64,000 nt of DNA, taken from IMG/VR virus record IMGVR_UViG_3300049043_000106. One strand, 5' to 3'. The position numbers and the translations under genes were made by a program. Positions within the stretch are counted from its first letter, which is position 1. The number at the start of each line of letters is the position of its first letter. Source of the stretch: an uncultured virus (IMG/VR IMGVR_UViG_3300049043_000106) (taxonomy: Duplodnaviria > Heunggongvirae > Uroviricota > Caudoviricetes). Under the pieces are notes generated by a model. That model saw only the letters and a program-made list of their open reading frames with translations. It searched no databases and had not been told where the DNA came from. Below are positions 21,531 to 33,413 of the stretch, piece after piece.

Positions 21531-24500
21531 CTAAATGCTGCACAAATCATTTTTGAGTTGTGTATGTTAAGTGTGTTAGAATTTGGCACACTGCATACTA
21601 TGTGTTAATACATTTCTCAGCCATGTGTTCTTTGTTTTACACATAGAGCATCTGTGTTCATACACCCTATTGTATGAGTGCATTTATATATGTGTGTATG
21701 TATGACTGCACATACATGAGAGGGTATATGTGTGTGGTCTGGATGCATACACATGTGTGGTATATACTTATGTATGGCTTGCATTTATGTTGAATAAGTG
21801 TGGCATACCCATATTTAGCATATGATATTGTATTGGCCATTACTTACACTCTTTGTTTGTGAGTGTATGGCTGATATACGGACTCTCACGAACTGGGCCT
21901 GCAGGATGCATGGCGGGTATGGGTCTGGTGGATAGCGTTTGGACCAAGCTTCAAAGACCCTGCCTGGACTAGCCGTGATGCTGTGTGGAGTGGAGTGTGG
22001 ATCCCAGTACAGTGAGTGATTGGGATACACATAGAGGATGTTTGGATTGATATTACATTTGCACATAGGTTGCAAACATCCACACATCCTTGTCTATGGT
22101 ATTTTGTGACACCTTGCAGTTGTGCATTTTATGACACTGCAGGAGTAGTCTTGCATACCTGAGTGGTTGTGGCTGTGCCCAGGGCAGCCATGATCCAGTT
22201 GTGCTTGTGCCCCAGGGCAAGCCAACTGAGTCATGTATATATGACTCTTATCATTAGTGCATGCCGTCATTTCACTTCATTGTGTTATAGGATTTGCAGT
22301 GTTTATGCACCAATTGAGTATGCTATGAGTGAATGTGCCAAGTGGCCTTTCACCATTCATACCAATTGATTGTTTATGTATAATTGGGTACAATTTGTGT
22401 ATATGTGCTGATTGTAAGTGATAACTCACACGAGTTATCATTAAGCTTCGTCGGACTATACACAAAGTACCATATCTAGTTTGGGGAATTCAATCAGGAA
22501 ATGTATGGGCTATTGTGAGTGAATGAGCCCAGTGTTAGTCCACAGTGACAACACTCTGTGAACACACCACAACAAGTAGAGTTAACTTAGGGTAAACCCT
22601 AATTGACCTGCTTGATTGTACACCTCCAATTGGGTTCAAAGACCTGCTAGTTGATGTCACGTCTTGTGCATTTTCTGGGATAAGGGTAGAACCTGATTGC
22701 ACTCGTGGGTACATGTTTGCCCAACAAAGGTGTCGGATTAACCACCCTTAACGGCTGTGCCTTGTGGCTTTGCCGGGGTGTACAACCGACTGCCTTACCT
22801 GCTAGCAGTAGCCGTTCATACTTTTGAAAATTTTTCTTCCGGTGTACCCTCTTTTGGTACATCCAATGTAGTTGAAAAATTTAGCTCTCGGGGCAGGGTA
22901 GTTCTGATTTAGGACCCCTTGTGCCTCACCTCCTAGGCGTGCTAGGAAACGTTGGGTATGGATGTCGGTGACCCTATACCCTGAGATAACGCCAATAGGC
23001 TATAAGTCTGTAACCAGGACACAACGGTTCATGTTCACCGGCAATGGATGGTGAGGGCACTGATCCCCCTCACATCTAACCGGGCGAGTGACGAGAGAGT
23101 AGGAAGCCACCATAAACGTTGAGAGTAGGTGTGCTAGGTTGATGATTCAATAGGATGGGCCGTTGGATTAGGATATAAAGTGTTGAGAGAAACTTAGGTA
23201 TCCGTAGGCTTAGCATATGGTATGCATAAGCATGGGTACTGGTTTCTGGTTTCGGAAAGTAGTGTAAGCAGTTTGTAATCAAACTGTAACTCGGACACCG
23301 ATACCTTAGAATGGATAGCTCTGGATCTTATATAAGAGTCCAAAGAAGAGCATCCACCAGGTGGTGTATATGTCAAAATATATTTCAATTTCTGATTATA
23401 CCATACATGTTATGTATGAGTATAGGAGTAATCTTTCTTTTCTTGAGAGTATCTGTCACTTGACAAGATACTTGGTTCGTTGCTTTGCTTTCTTTGTCCT
23501 TTCCAGGAGCAAAGTAGAAACAACAAGGCTATGGGCAATAAAGGCCAGAGCTTGCTTATGTCTTGCATGTCTTGATGCTTGACCTCTGATGAGGTGCTTA
23601 CTTGAAGTGCCTATCTTATGTGTGAAAAAGAACGTACCCCAGAGATCTGTGAGATCTTGAAGTCTTGAACACAAGGGGCTATGAGTCCTAAGTGTTGTGT
23701 GTGAGGTCTAACCCTCTTGAGAAAGTAACACCCACAGAAGAATAAATGTATGGGATGTCAGTGAAGACATCAGGGTGTCCACGCATGAGGCATGGGTATC
23801 ATTTGGATATCCATAAATAATCAAAGACCCTATGTTTGGGTACAGTGGAAGCGTGGTGGGTCATGTAGACCCGAGTGTGATAAACTCTGTGTTTGTCCAC
23901 TATAACGTTGTATACCGGTTATGAAAGAGGTGTGATGATATTTACATCACCACTTACTCGTTGAGTAATGGTTGATATTACGATGTATACGTGATGATGA
24001 CTATGTATACTAAGAAAGAGTATGCATGTTGTCATTTCCTTTATAAGGTGTGTCGTTGAAAGACACAATTGATGATCATAATATGATGATCTTATTACAA
24101 CCTTCTTAAGGTCTGTATGTTTATGAGAGGCTCTTGAGGTCAGTCTTTATTGGTTACACCGTGTGTAAACCTCTGAGTTATATTGTCAAAGGTCTTACCT
24201 TAATGACCTTGGTATGGTCTTTTCAAGATCAGATGTGATGAGTCGTACCGTAGTCTTCAAACATGGATGTTTTGAGACTACCAGGTTACATTCAAAGTAT
24301 GATGAATTATGAGTACATATGAGTGAGACTTATGATTGAGGACATAAGGTCCACGGTATCATTTGTCTTGGTATGTCCCTTCCATTTGAGGGTACATGTC
24401 TGGTCATGAGTTATGACAAGTACGTCGTTTTATACGTGAAGTATAAACGAGTGAAGACATGGTGTGTCTTTTGGTGTCTCTGTGAAGCACCACTATGATA

Positions 24501-26429
24501 CATGTTGATGATGATATATGGTCCATGAAAATATATGACTATGTATGCTATTATTGAAGTCTCAAGGTCTTGAGTTAAACTGTGCAAGTGATTCTATCAT
24601 TAGGAGTGTTACATGGGCAGTGGTTGTCTACAAGACAAGATATGCCCAAGTGTGTATTGTCGGTATTACGTGTGCATAGGCACAAGTTGTCAACTTGACA
24701 AGAGTTGCCTTATGCAAGTAACAATGGTATGACAAGGTACACGTCACTTCTGTCTCGTGTCCAATTGGTATTCTCAATATGACATGTGTATCATGTCATG
24801 AGACTAACGTATGTATGGGTCAATATGAAGGACATATGTCTTGTATTGGTGATGTCATTGAGTCAAGTCTTGATATGATAACATTGTCAAGTTCTTGGTC
24901 AATGAGAAGTCTCAATGTGTGACTTACAATCAAGTTGCACATGAGGTATGAGTAAGATGTATGGTTGTCCATAATCTTATGTTGAATAATATGAGTACGT
25001 TATCGTACGTCTTCATATATTCAGGCTTCTGGTAAGCTGTGAGAATCATTATCATTATGAGTGATTAATAAGTCTTCTTTGAGAGAGTCATGATCTTGAT
25101 ACATCAGCTAGATAAAGATGTGTTGAGATCAATGTATGTTTCTGAGGTACATAGAATAGATATGATCATGAGTATTGTATCATGAATACTGTATTGCAGT
25201 TACTTTGAGTCATAATATGGTCAAGAGTCGTGTTGTGTCTCATTACTCTTTATGAATATCAGTCAAATGAATGTTGAGGTTATTGAAGTTGATGGTACAT
25301 TTGTAGAAGTACGCTCTTTGTGGTATTATCAAGTGAAAGTATGTATTTTATATACCCTATGCTGCTATACTATGAGGAGAGTATGAATATGAAGGTGTCG
25401 TCATCTTCAATACCTCATAAAGTGGTATTGCATGGGTAAACACATGCTCATCTTAATGTTGAGCAGGTACCAGGTACTGTCTCAAGGAGAGAAAATACTA
25501 GGCATGTTGCCAAAGTATGAGACATGTGACGGATAGATACCTATACACGATGAGAGTTTACACTTAAGTGTACTACTCGTTGAGGTGTCAAAGTTCATAT
25601 GTGAATGATTGATCAATCAGGATCTATGAAGGGAGACACACTCACATCAAAAGGTATCTTGAGATCCTTGAGGAATACGGAGGTATTGGTATTAGGTCTT
25701 GACCTTGAAGCTGAAGGGATAGGCTGAGGGTACGGAGACCCAAGTATGCCCATGACCCCAATATTGCTTTCCTCTTGGATACAGTCATGTGACGGTACTG
25801 TTCTTGAGTCTGTTATGTCGACTGGGTATTGTTTTTGCAGTCAAGTCAAAGTCAAGAGTACAAAGGGTAGTTGCCCTTTGGGGACATGTCCATAAGTCCC
25901 CGGAGCAAGTGTGTACGCTCCATGAGAGTGGATTCCATGATGTGGGACCACATTTACGTACTTCCTCTGAGGCCCTTGTTCCTTACCCTGATCCCTCTTT
26001 TGTGTTCATCTCATATGGATCAGAGGTGTCTTGCTTGCCTCAAGAAGTAAAAATGATGACCACTATAAAGTTGATAAAAGGGACATGAGTCATGTAGACT
26101 CAATTTGCCAAATCTTTAGGCAAAGACAAGTGGTATGTGTGTGTGACCCTATCCAAGACAGTCTGACACAACCGTGACAAAGGTCAGGTGTGAAGTCTGT
26201 GGGGTCACGATGCAAGTGGCATCAAGTTTACAGGTGCCTGACGAGGTGCCTTGGTCACTAGTCAAGAGTACTGGTGGTCTTGTGAAGAGTTCACGCTGTG
26301 ACTCTTGGTTGAGAGTGAAGAAGATTGCCCCTTCTTACTCCAGAGTATGTGGCCATAGTCCCCGTGACTAAGTGGCAGGTTGAGGTGGTCTACACCGATA
26401 CCTTAGGCCTTCCATGGAGGTCAAATGAG

Positions 26430-26885
26430 AAACGTGTGTTGACATTTATAGAGGAAAGTCGAGTGGTAGACCTGGCCTGTTGGACCCACTCGCTAGCTGG
26501 AAAGCTATGAGAGCGATGATACAAATGTCAACTGTATGCCTTACAATCCGGTGTAGGACAGTACTCCTGGTTCAGGACTTGTTCGATTTCTCAGTGGTAC
26601 AGTTACATTCCTGCCTGTTACTAGGGGCTCTGCCTATTTGGTGGGGCGTAACTGAGCAAACTGGCACCTCCGTGAGGAGATGGAAAATCCAGGGGCTGTA
26701 CCATGTGGCCACAATCAAGGACTGGAAGGTAAAAACATAGTGGGTATGTATTTACCAGGATGGCGGTAGTACCCACTCCTTCGCAGTGCCTTGTAAGCCG
26801 CCGCGGTGGTGTTCAGACCGACATCACCTGGCATGAGCGCTGAGACGGTAGGGTTAACCTAGGCCCGTGTAGGTCTGGCATACTG
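26430..26885 (+). ncRNA. Conserved structured cis-RNA element in the 3' UTR (copy in B1)
   Basis: Homologous to 50140-50530 and 59280-59740, with compensatory stem changes and a GNRA tetraloop. Confidence 0.55.
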
Positions 26886-28256
26886 GGTGTGTAGAGGGGG
26901 CTAGTCCTTTACATATCCTTGAACTTGTGTTGAGGGTTGTCCCACCTCACACAAGGAGGGTGATCCTGTCCCACCGTGGGAAGGTACGGACCCAGAGGTG
27001 GCATGTGTCCCTTTGCCACAAACAAATGGTTGGTAACCTTTGTATAGGATTACCTGCATGTTGAGAACAAAGTCTTGTACATGTCAGAGTACAAGTGGGA
27101 GTCACTGGTGTGTCAGTACTTGAAGACTTGTGGAAGTCTCCTTTATCTTCTGATGGCTTGGTATTGAGCCACGGTAAGATTCACAAAGTGAAGTGACTTA
27201 GTCCAATCAGGACAATCCAAGTGAGGGACATTGGTGTGTCAAGTGTGGTGGTCAAAAGTGGTCAGAGTCCTTCTCACATCTTGTGAAGATCAGGACAAGT
27301 ATAACGAGTATGTTAAGGGCTGAGTTATGAGGTTAACAGAGGTTAACAGAGATGGTATCTATGATACATCTCTAAGACTCACATGAGTCTTTATGAGCCC
27401 TATATCAAGTGAGCCTTTTCCCTTTCCAACCTCTTGATCCTCTTGCTATCTTCATGCATGGGTTGCATTGTAAATCAACCCAGTGTTGCGGCTTTGCCAA
27501 AGCACTGTTCACTATAAAAGTAAAGCTTGAAAGCTTGTGAAGATGAGTACTGAGGTGCTCAGTGAGTTATGGGCTTCTATGTCCATACTTGAGTTGTGTT
27601 TAACATCTCCCTGATGGAGGATGTTGGGGTACAGAGTGGCATGTCTTTATGTCACTGTATGAGTTGGATGATCATTACAACTTGGTGATGATCATGTGAC
27701 CTTTACTGAGTCACATCTTGAGATGTCTTTTATGAGTGGTACATTTGTACCAAGCAAGTGTTCTTGTGAGTCAACTTGATACCTTGATAGCAGCTCTAGG
27801 TAGGCCTGCCCTTAGATAGCCCAGAGATTGAAGAGTGGCATGAGTTGCCATGGAGTTGGCATGCAACCTGCATGACCATTGAAGTGAAGAGTACTCACCC
27901 CTACATCTTGAGAAGATGTTATGACTACCGTCTTGAGGGGGAGACATCATGAAGACATGTGGAGCCATGTCTGGTTTATGTCTATATTAGTGTTTGACAT
28001 TGGGAAGGTGTGGAGTGGCAGGTTTTTATTCCCCTGAGGGTTTTCCTGTCGAGGACAGGTTTTGGCCTGCTGAAGAGTCAATGGGGTCTTTTACTGTCCG
28101 CTAATAACCATGGTGTATGTCAAGTATGATGGCATACATCCTCCCACCTGCCTTAGTTATGTCTAGGGACATTATGTATTTGGGAACTTGGTGAACTTTA
28201 TTGATGTGGGCACCTACCTGTGTGAGCCAGGAGGCTCACCTTTAGGAGGGGAGAGT

Positions 28257-28935
28257 TGTTAGGACGCACCGTCCTAACAACCACTTTTCGCCCCTTATTT
28301 TTATCTCTGAACTTATGTCACGTCTGTCTTGGGGGTTGGTTCGAGGTCGTACTGTAGCGCCTCACCCCCTTAGTCGTCTGTCCACCCGTCTGTGTGTCCG
28401 TGTGTGTGGGTGTGCCAGGGCTCTCGTGGCCCGGGGCACTTGTGTTATAGGGGTGCTCGGGCACTAGGCCCTAGGCCCCCTCTTACCCGTGTTTAGCTGA
28501 GTGGTCACCGGGGGTGTTAGTCCCCTCGTGGGGCACCTCCTTGGTTATGTTGTGTCTTACCCCACGAGGGGCTCTAGGCCCCCGTGAGGGTTAGTGGGGG
28601 TGTCGGCCCCCTTGAGTAGTTGTCAAGTCCCACGTCAAGTCCCACGGCCGCTAGGGCCGTTACTGAGAGGGCCAGGTGACAGCTTTCAGTTGTCACCTTG
28701 TGCCCCTGTCGTCGCCGGTGTCCAAGACCTCAGCCACGTGGACCGTTGGGGCCCACCGGCTGAGAGCCTTGGCTCCACCGGCTCTCCTGTCGACGGCTGG
28801 AACCGGTCCTGCCGGTTCCTGCCGTGTGTGCTGTTTTGGCTCCATTCTGAGCCATTCTGAGTATGGTCTTAGGTGTGTGTTTTACTAGTGTTTGCTAGGT
28901 CTTTTGTAACGCCATCTATGCAAAATTCCAACGGC
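28257..28935 (+). repeat. 3' LTR of B1 (last ~10 nt missing)
   Basis: Starts TGTTAGG after the PPT; 3' part matches 19425-19670. Confidence 0.85.
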
Positions 28936-29429
28936 TAGCTTATAGTAGGTGACACATACTTGCAGGTCTTCCGATATTCACAATGATGTGAAATGACTGC
29001 ATGAAGTACATGATGGCCAGCTTGCCCGGGGCACAGAGCATAACCGGATCGTGGCTGCGCCTGGGCACAGCGACAACCACTGAGGGATGCACCCCGGGAC
29101 CTGCAGTGGCATGTCATGCTCAACCTAGACAGGAGATCACATTTACCTCAAACAAGGATGAGTGAATGGATTGCAAATGACCTATTGCATATGCAATATC
29201 CATTCAAGCTCTCTAAATCCCCAACTCACTCGGAAATAGGCAAGTAGCCTATTTAATCAATTGGAGACTTACTCCACATCCCCCAGGATCATAGCTAGTC
29301 CAGGTAGGGTCTTTGAAGCTTGGGCCAAATAGCTTCCACCAGACCCTTACCCGCTATGCATACTGCGTGTAAACTGAAGTGAGAGTCCTCATTTCCACGA
29401 GAGAGAATTTAGGCAGAGGTTCGAAGAGG

Positions 29430-30048
29430 CCCGGAGGCCGGCTTAATTGCATAAGCCCGAACCATAGAGCCCGAAAACACTCAGAAGTAACCTAACCCTG
29501 AACTCGAAATTTGAGCATAGGTTAGCAGCACCCGGAGGGCGGCTCACTGTAAATAGCCAACCGCTCCTCACCGGGCTGAAAACACAACACAACACAAAAT
29601 TTTGGCCATAGGTTCGGCAGGCCCGGGAGGCCGGCTTAACTCGGATAAAACACATAGCCGAACATACGTAAATACATACAAATGCTGGCCAAATTTCTGC
29701 ATGCCTTCGGGAGGCCCGGAGGCCGGCTTAAGCATGATGTCATGCACTTTCTACAATACCTGTAATAGCCGAGAAAAGCTATACACGAGTGTTGCAAAAT
29801 TTGCGGCATGGCTTCCGCCAGGCCCGGAGGCCGGCTTAACCATAGAAACAACTCTCACACGACAACCTGAAAATGCCGAAGAAGTTATACTACTCATGTT
29901 TGCAAAATTTTGGCATGGCTTTGCCGACGCCCGGAGGCCGGCTTAATTGTAGAACACTCAATCTAGAAGCCGTTGAATGCCGAGAACCGAGCAACTGCTG
30001 ATTTGCAAAATTTTGCATGGCTTCGCCGGGCCCGGAGGCCGGCTTAAC
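29430..30048 (-). repeat. Seven ~100-bp units with core TTAAGCCGGCCTCCGGG (B2)
   Basis: CCCGGAGGCCGGCTTAA recurs about every 100 bp on the plus strand. Confidence 0.9.
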
Positions 30049-31214
30049 CATGAAAACTAACACTGGAGGCTTGGGATGTAGGGGTTCTTGAGACCCTAAT
30101 TTCTCGGATAATCGTTCCCCTCAACCCCGGGGTTACTCACCCTAGGGTTTTAGGGAAAACCCTAAACCTAGCTATAGGTGTTTCGTGCGAAAACCTCCGC
30201 CGCTAACCCACCGGCCGGTCTCCGTGCCGGTGGCGCAGAGCACAAGAGGGGCCGGCCACGGTGCCCGTGCCCTGTAACACTTGGTGGAGTTCCCTTGAAC
30301 GGTGGTACTGATGTACCGCCTTAGCTATCTCGTTGGTCGCTCGTTGACCAGCGAGATCTCGACGAGGAGGCGCCTTGGCGCTTCGTGACGACAGCGACAC
30401 GAGGAAGGTAAGTACTTCAGTAGAAAGGTAACACTGACGTTTGTTCGGTGAGTGGCTTATGGCCACTTGAACTTGATTCTTTCAGGCGCCGCCCGGAGAA
30501 TGCAGGAGGAGGGGCCATTCATGGCCCCTCGGCCATTCTCCAAGTAAGTTGTGCACTTACCTCTCTGATAGGTCGTCACGGATTTTCAAGGGAGAAGGAA
30601 AACGACTTAACGTTTTTCTCTTTTTTTGTACGTAGGTCTTCGTTTCCGCGACTCGAACGACCGCCCACCGCCTCGAGGGCACGATGTAAGTTAGTCATTA
30701 CCTTTTTGTGTTGGGATGTCCAAACCCGTGCACCCGAGGGCTGTCATCAGCCTCGTCCGTTGCAACCTACTCTGCCGCCGAGGAAGTAGTATTCTTAGGT
30801 ATACTTACCTTCTCGCCTCCGGAGGATGATGGGAGGTGCATTCACTGGCTGACCCGGTGGGTTTGCAAAACCCCACCATCTTTGTAGGTAACTTGGCCGT
30901 CCGTCGAAAACCCTAAGGTAAGTGCTAGGGTTAATGCTTAACCCCCAAACCCTCTTGGTGAGGGTGTCCAGGTATGCAGCGAGGCATGACGCTCACCGGA
31001 CGGTCATCGACGGCAGGAGGAGCAACTAGAACAGAGCGGCTCCCGTGGGAACACAGCCCAAAGCAACCGCGCTAACCTTAAGAGTGGCCTGGAGGCCCTC
31101 TCTAAACGGTGTTTATTAACACCTTGCGTTTTAGCTTTCATATCAGGACCATTCTTGAATGAATGGCGTGAATGCAAGGAGGAGGAGGCGGTGGGAACCA
31201 GCTCCGAAACCAAG

Positions 31215-31819
31215 TGGAGGCCTGGCGAGGTGACTGTTAAGAATTTTGGCAGAGAAGCGTTACAAAAGACTGCCCAAAGAGCAACAACAGAACTCAAGTA
31301 GGTGTTGCAAAAGGCCCAGGTGGAGCCTCAGCAGAGCACCCACCCAACCGGCTCCTGGAGCCGGTGGGGCGCCGGTCCTCAGGAGGACCGGATGGACTTT
31401 GTGACCGGGAGGGAACGTTGGAACGACCTGACCGTTGGGACTTGAGTCCCACGGTGGTCTCCGACGACAGGGCACGTGTCGGTCACGTTGTGACCGCCAG
31501 GGCCCACTCAAGGGGGCTCGCTGCCCTTGACACTCGACAAAGACACACAAGGACAGGCATGCCCGGAAAACACTACGTGGAGCAAGACAACCCCTCTTCG
31601 GGGGCCTAGAGCCCCACGTGGGGTACAACACGCAATAGGGGGTCTGCCCAGGGCACGGGGCCGGACTACCCCTGGGACTCGACTGGAGGAACAGCACCAA
31701 CCGGGAGGCCCTGGGAGTACCCCCTCGCGGGCCCTAGCGCCGTGACAACTAACCACTGAGACAACGAAGAGTACACCCCGACACAACCCGTGGTCGGGGC
31801 CAGGGCACCCTGCGTGCCT
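31215..31819 (-). repeat. Partial LTR of B2
   Basis: Reverse complement aligns with LTR 61326-62068; ends CA 2 nt before the PBS. Confidence 0.8.
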
Positions 31820-32134
31820 GGCCATAGGGCTTTGACACCCCTTGTAGACCTCGAATAGGAGCCGTTTAGGACCGTTATGACCTCGTGGACCAGGGGTTTA
31901 GGGGCTTGGATAGGTTTGGAGTGCCCTTGGGAGCCCTTGGAGGGTAGTTGGACCCTTGGTTGGAGGGAAAGTGAGTAGTTGGCATGGGTAGTAGGTGTTT
32001 TGGCGCCCTTGAGTTGGTGGCAAGGGCATGGTGTCCCTTGTGTGTTTGTATATAGCTTGTGGGCGCGTTATTGCTTGGTTGTTGTAAGTTTGGAGTAAGG
32101 AGAGACGTTGTAAGGAGTAAGGAGCGAAGTAACA
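31820..32134 (+). repeat. 5' LTR of E (first 6 nt TGTTAC missing)
   Basis: Matches 40167-40476; ends GTAACA; TATATA at ~32049. Confidence 0.93.
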
Positions 32135-33283
32135 CTTGGTTTTTGGAGCTTGTTACGAACTACGGCTTATCTTTTCTTTATTGCGCTACTCTTGAACGTT
32201 GTTTCGCGGAGGGGGAGACGTCGCAAGTACGGACTACTAAGACAACTACCTCGAGAAGTCTACACCGTACGAGCACTACGTGTGCCGTCTGCCTAACCCT
32301 TACCGTGCAGGAACTTACACCTGGAGGGCTCACGCCCTTGGAGCTTCGCGACCGCCTGGCAGCTACCTCGTGCCCCTGATCTCGTTGAGGGCACAGCCTT
32401 AACTCTTTTCGCAGTACCTCGCAGAACAACACACAGAGGGTTAGGACAGAAACTAACCCGGTAGCAATTCGGACGAAGACCCGTTCTAACTTACCTACGA
32501 AGTTTCAGGCTGTCGGCGTCTGTCTTCGTTGAGTTAGTTCTACGGCATCCCATCGGCAATTGCCGTCGGGCACTCTTGTGGAAACTCGTGCTATAGACGC
32601 AGAGTTAAGAGGCTGAAATTTCGAAGGTAAGGTTCTAGCGGGCTAACTCATGCGAACCTATGCGTTTTACTTTCTTGAATAGTGGTCCTCCTCCGTGGCG
32701 GAGGAGAATCTGCTGCCATGATGCCCCATTGAGCTGTTTGTCCTGCTAAATTGGGGCTTTTCTGTGATATCTAAACCGATAGAAACCTAAGTTATCTAGT
32801 ATGTTATAGGTTGTCTTTAACTAGTTTGTGTAGTTACTTTTGTTTTTACAGTGAGTGTCTAGCCTCATTAGCTGCTCATGGTCATCTGCCATCTACATCT
32901 GTCAGTCTGGAGGGGGACAGCACTCAGCCCACCCTCTAGTCTGTTTTAGCATCAGTAGGCTCTGATAGAGCCTACTGACACCAGTTGACCGACTTGTGGT
33001 CTAGTCCTCAGGTCTCAGCTCACCCCCAGATAGCCATTGAATGGCCATTCAATGAGCCATCTTGACTAGTGTTTTAAAGGGGAGGTCCTTACCTGTATTA
33101 AGCAATGTATATGTGTTAGGTTTTTACATGAATAACTTGTCTCACTGACATACTTGTCTAGCGCTAGTGCCTAGAGGGGAGCCCATCCATGGGCCCCTTC
33201 AGTGATTTCTGACTAAGTTGGACTCTGACACTGAACGGTACTTAAGTCTAGCGCGCCACTTACGGTGCAAGGAGCGTAAGTGG

Positions 33284-33347
33284 TGCTCGAGATAGAGCGG
33301 CGCTCTGCGGACCGCAAGACCCGGGTTCAAGTCCCGGTCCTGGAGCA
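33284..33347 (+). ncRNA. tRNA-like cloverleaf in the 5' leader of E
   Basis: Closing stem TGCTCGAG/CTGGAGCA, stems AGAGC/GCTCT and TGCGG/CCGCA, T-arm CCGGG-TTCAAGT-CCCGG; no normal anticodon loop. Confidence 0.45.
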
Positions 33348-33413
33348 TAGTGTTTTACACCAGGCGGCAGTAACTCACTATTTTGAGCTTATTTTTTGCC
33401 TCTCTCTTCACTG

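Larger units (their letters stand above)
19425..28935 (+). mobile_element. Non-autonomous LTR element B1 (LARD-like)
   Basis: LTR half, PBS, ~8.5-kb interior without pol ORF, PPT (AGGAGGGGAGAG at 28244-28255) and 3' LTR. Interior is homologous to 53828-61325. Confidence 0.8.
28945..31819 (-). mobile_element. Family-B fragment B2 (partial 5' LTR, PBS, leader), inverted
   Basis: Reverse complement matches 53840-55245 (leader and repeats) and 61500-62060 (LTR). PBS TGGTTTCGGAGCTGGTT at 31196-31212 on minus. Confidence 0.85.

Noticed and set aside
21550..28250. Short ORFs in B interiors and antisense ORFs over gag-pol as genes
   Set aside because: They are mostly short, have no recognisable motifs and are not shared between B1 and B3; antisense ORFs are explained by codon bias of the sense frame.
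33284..33347. Functional tRNA gene
   Set aside because: It has no 7-nt anticodon loop or normal D-loop, so it is kept only as a tRNA-like structure.
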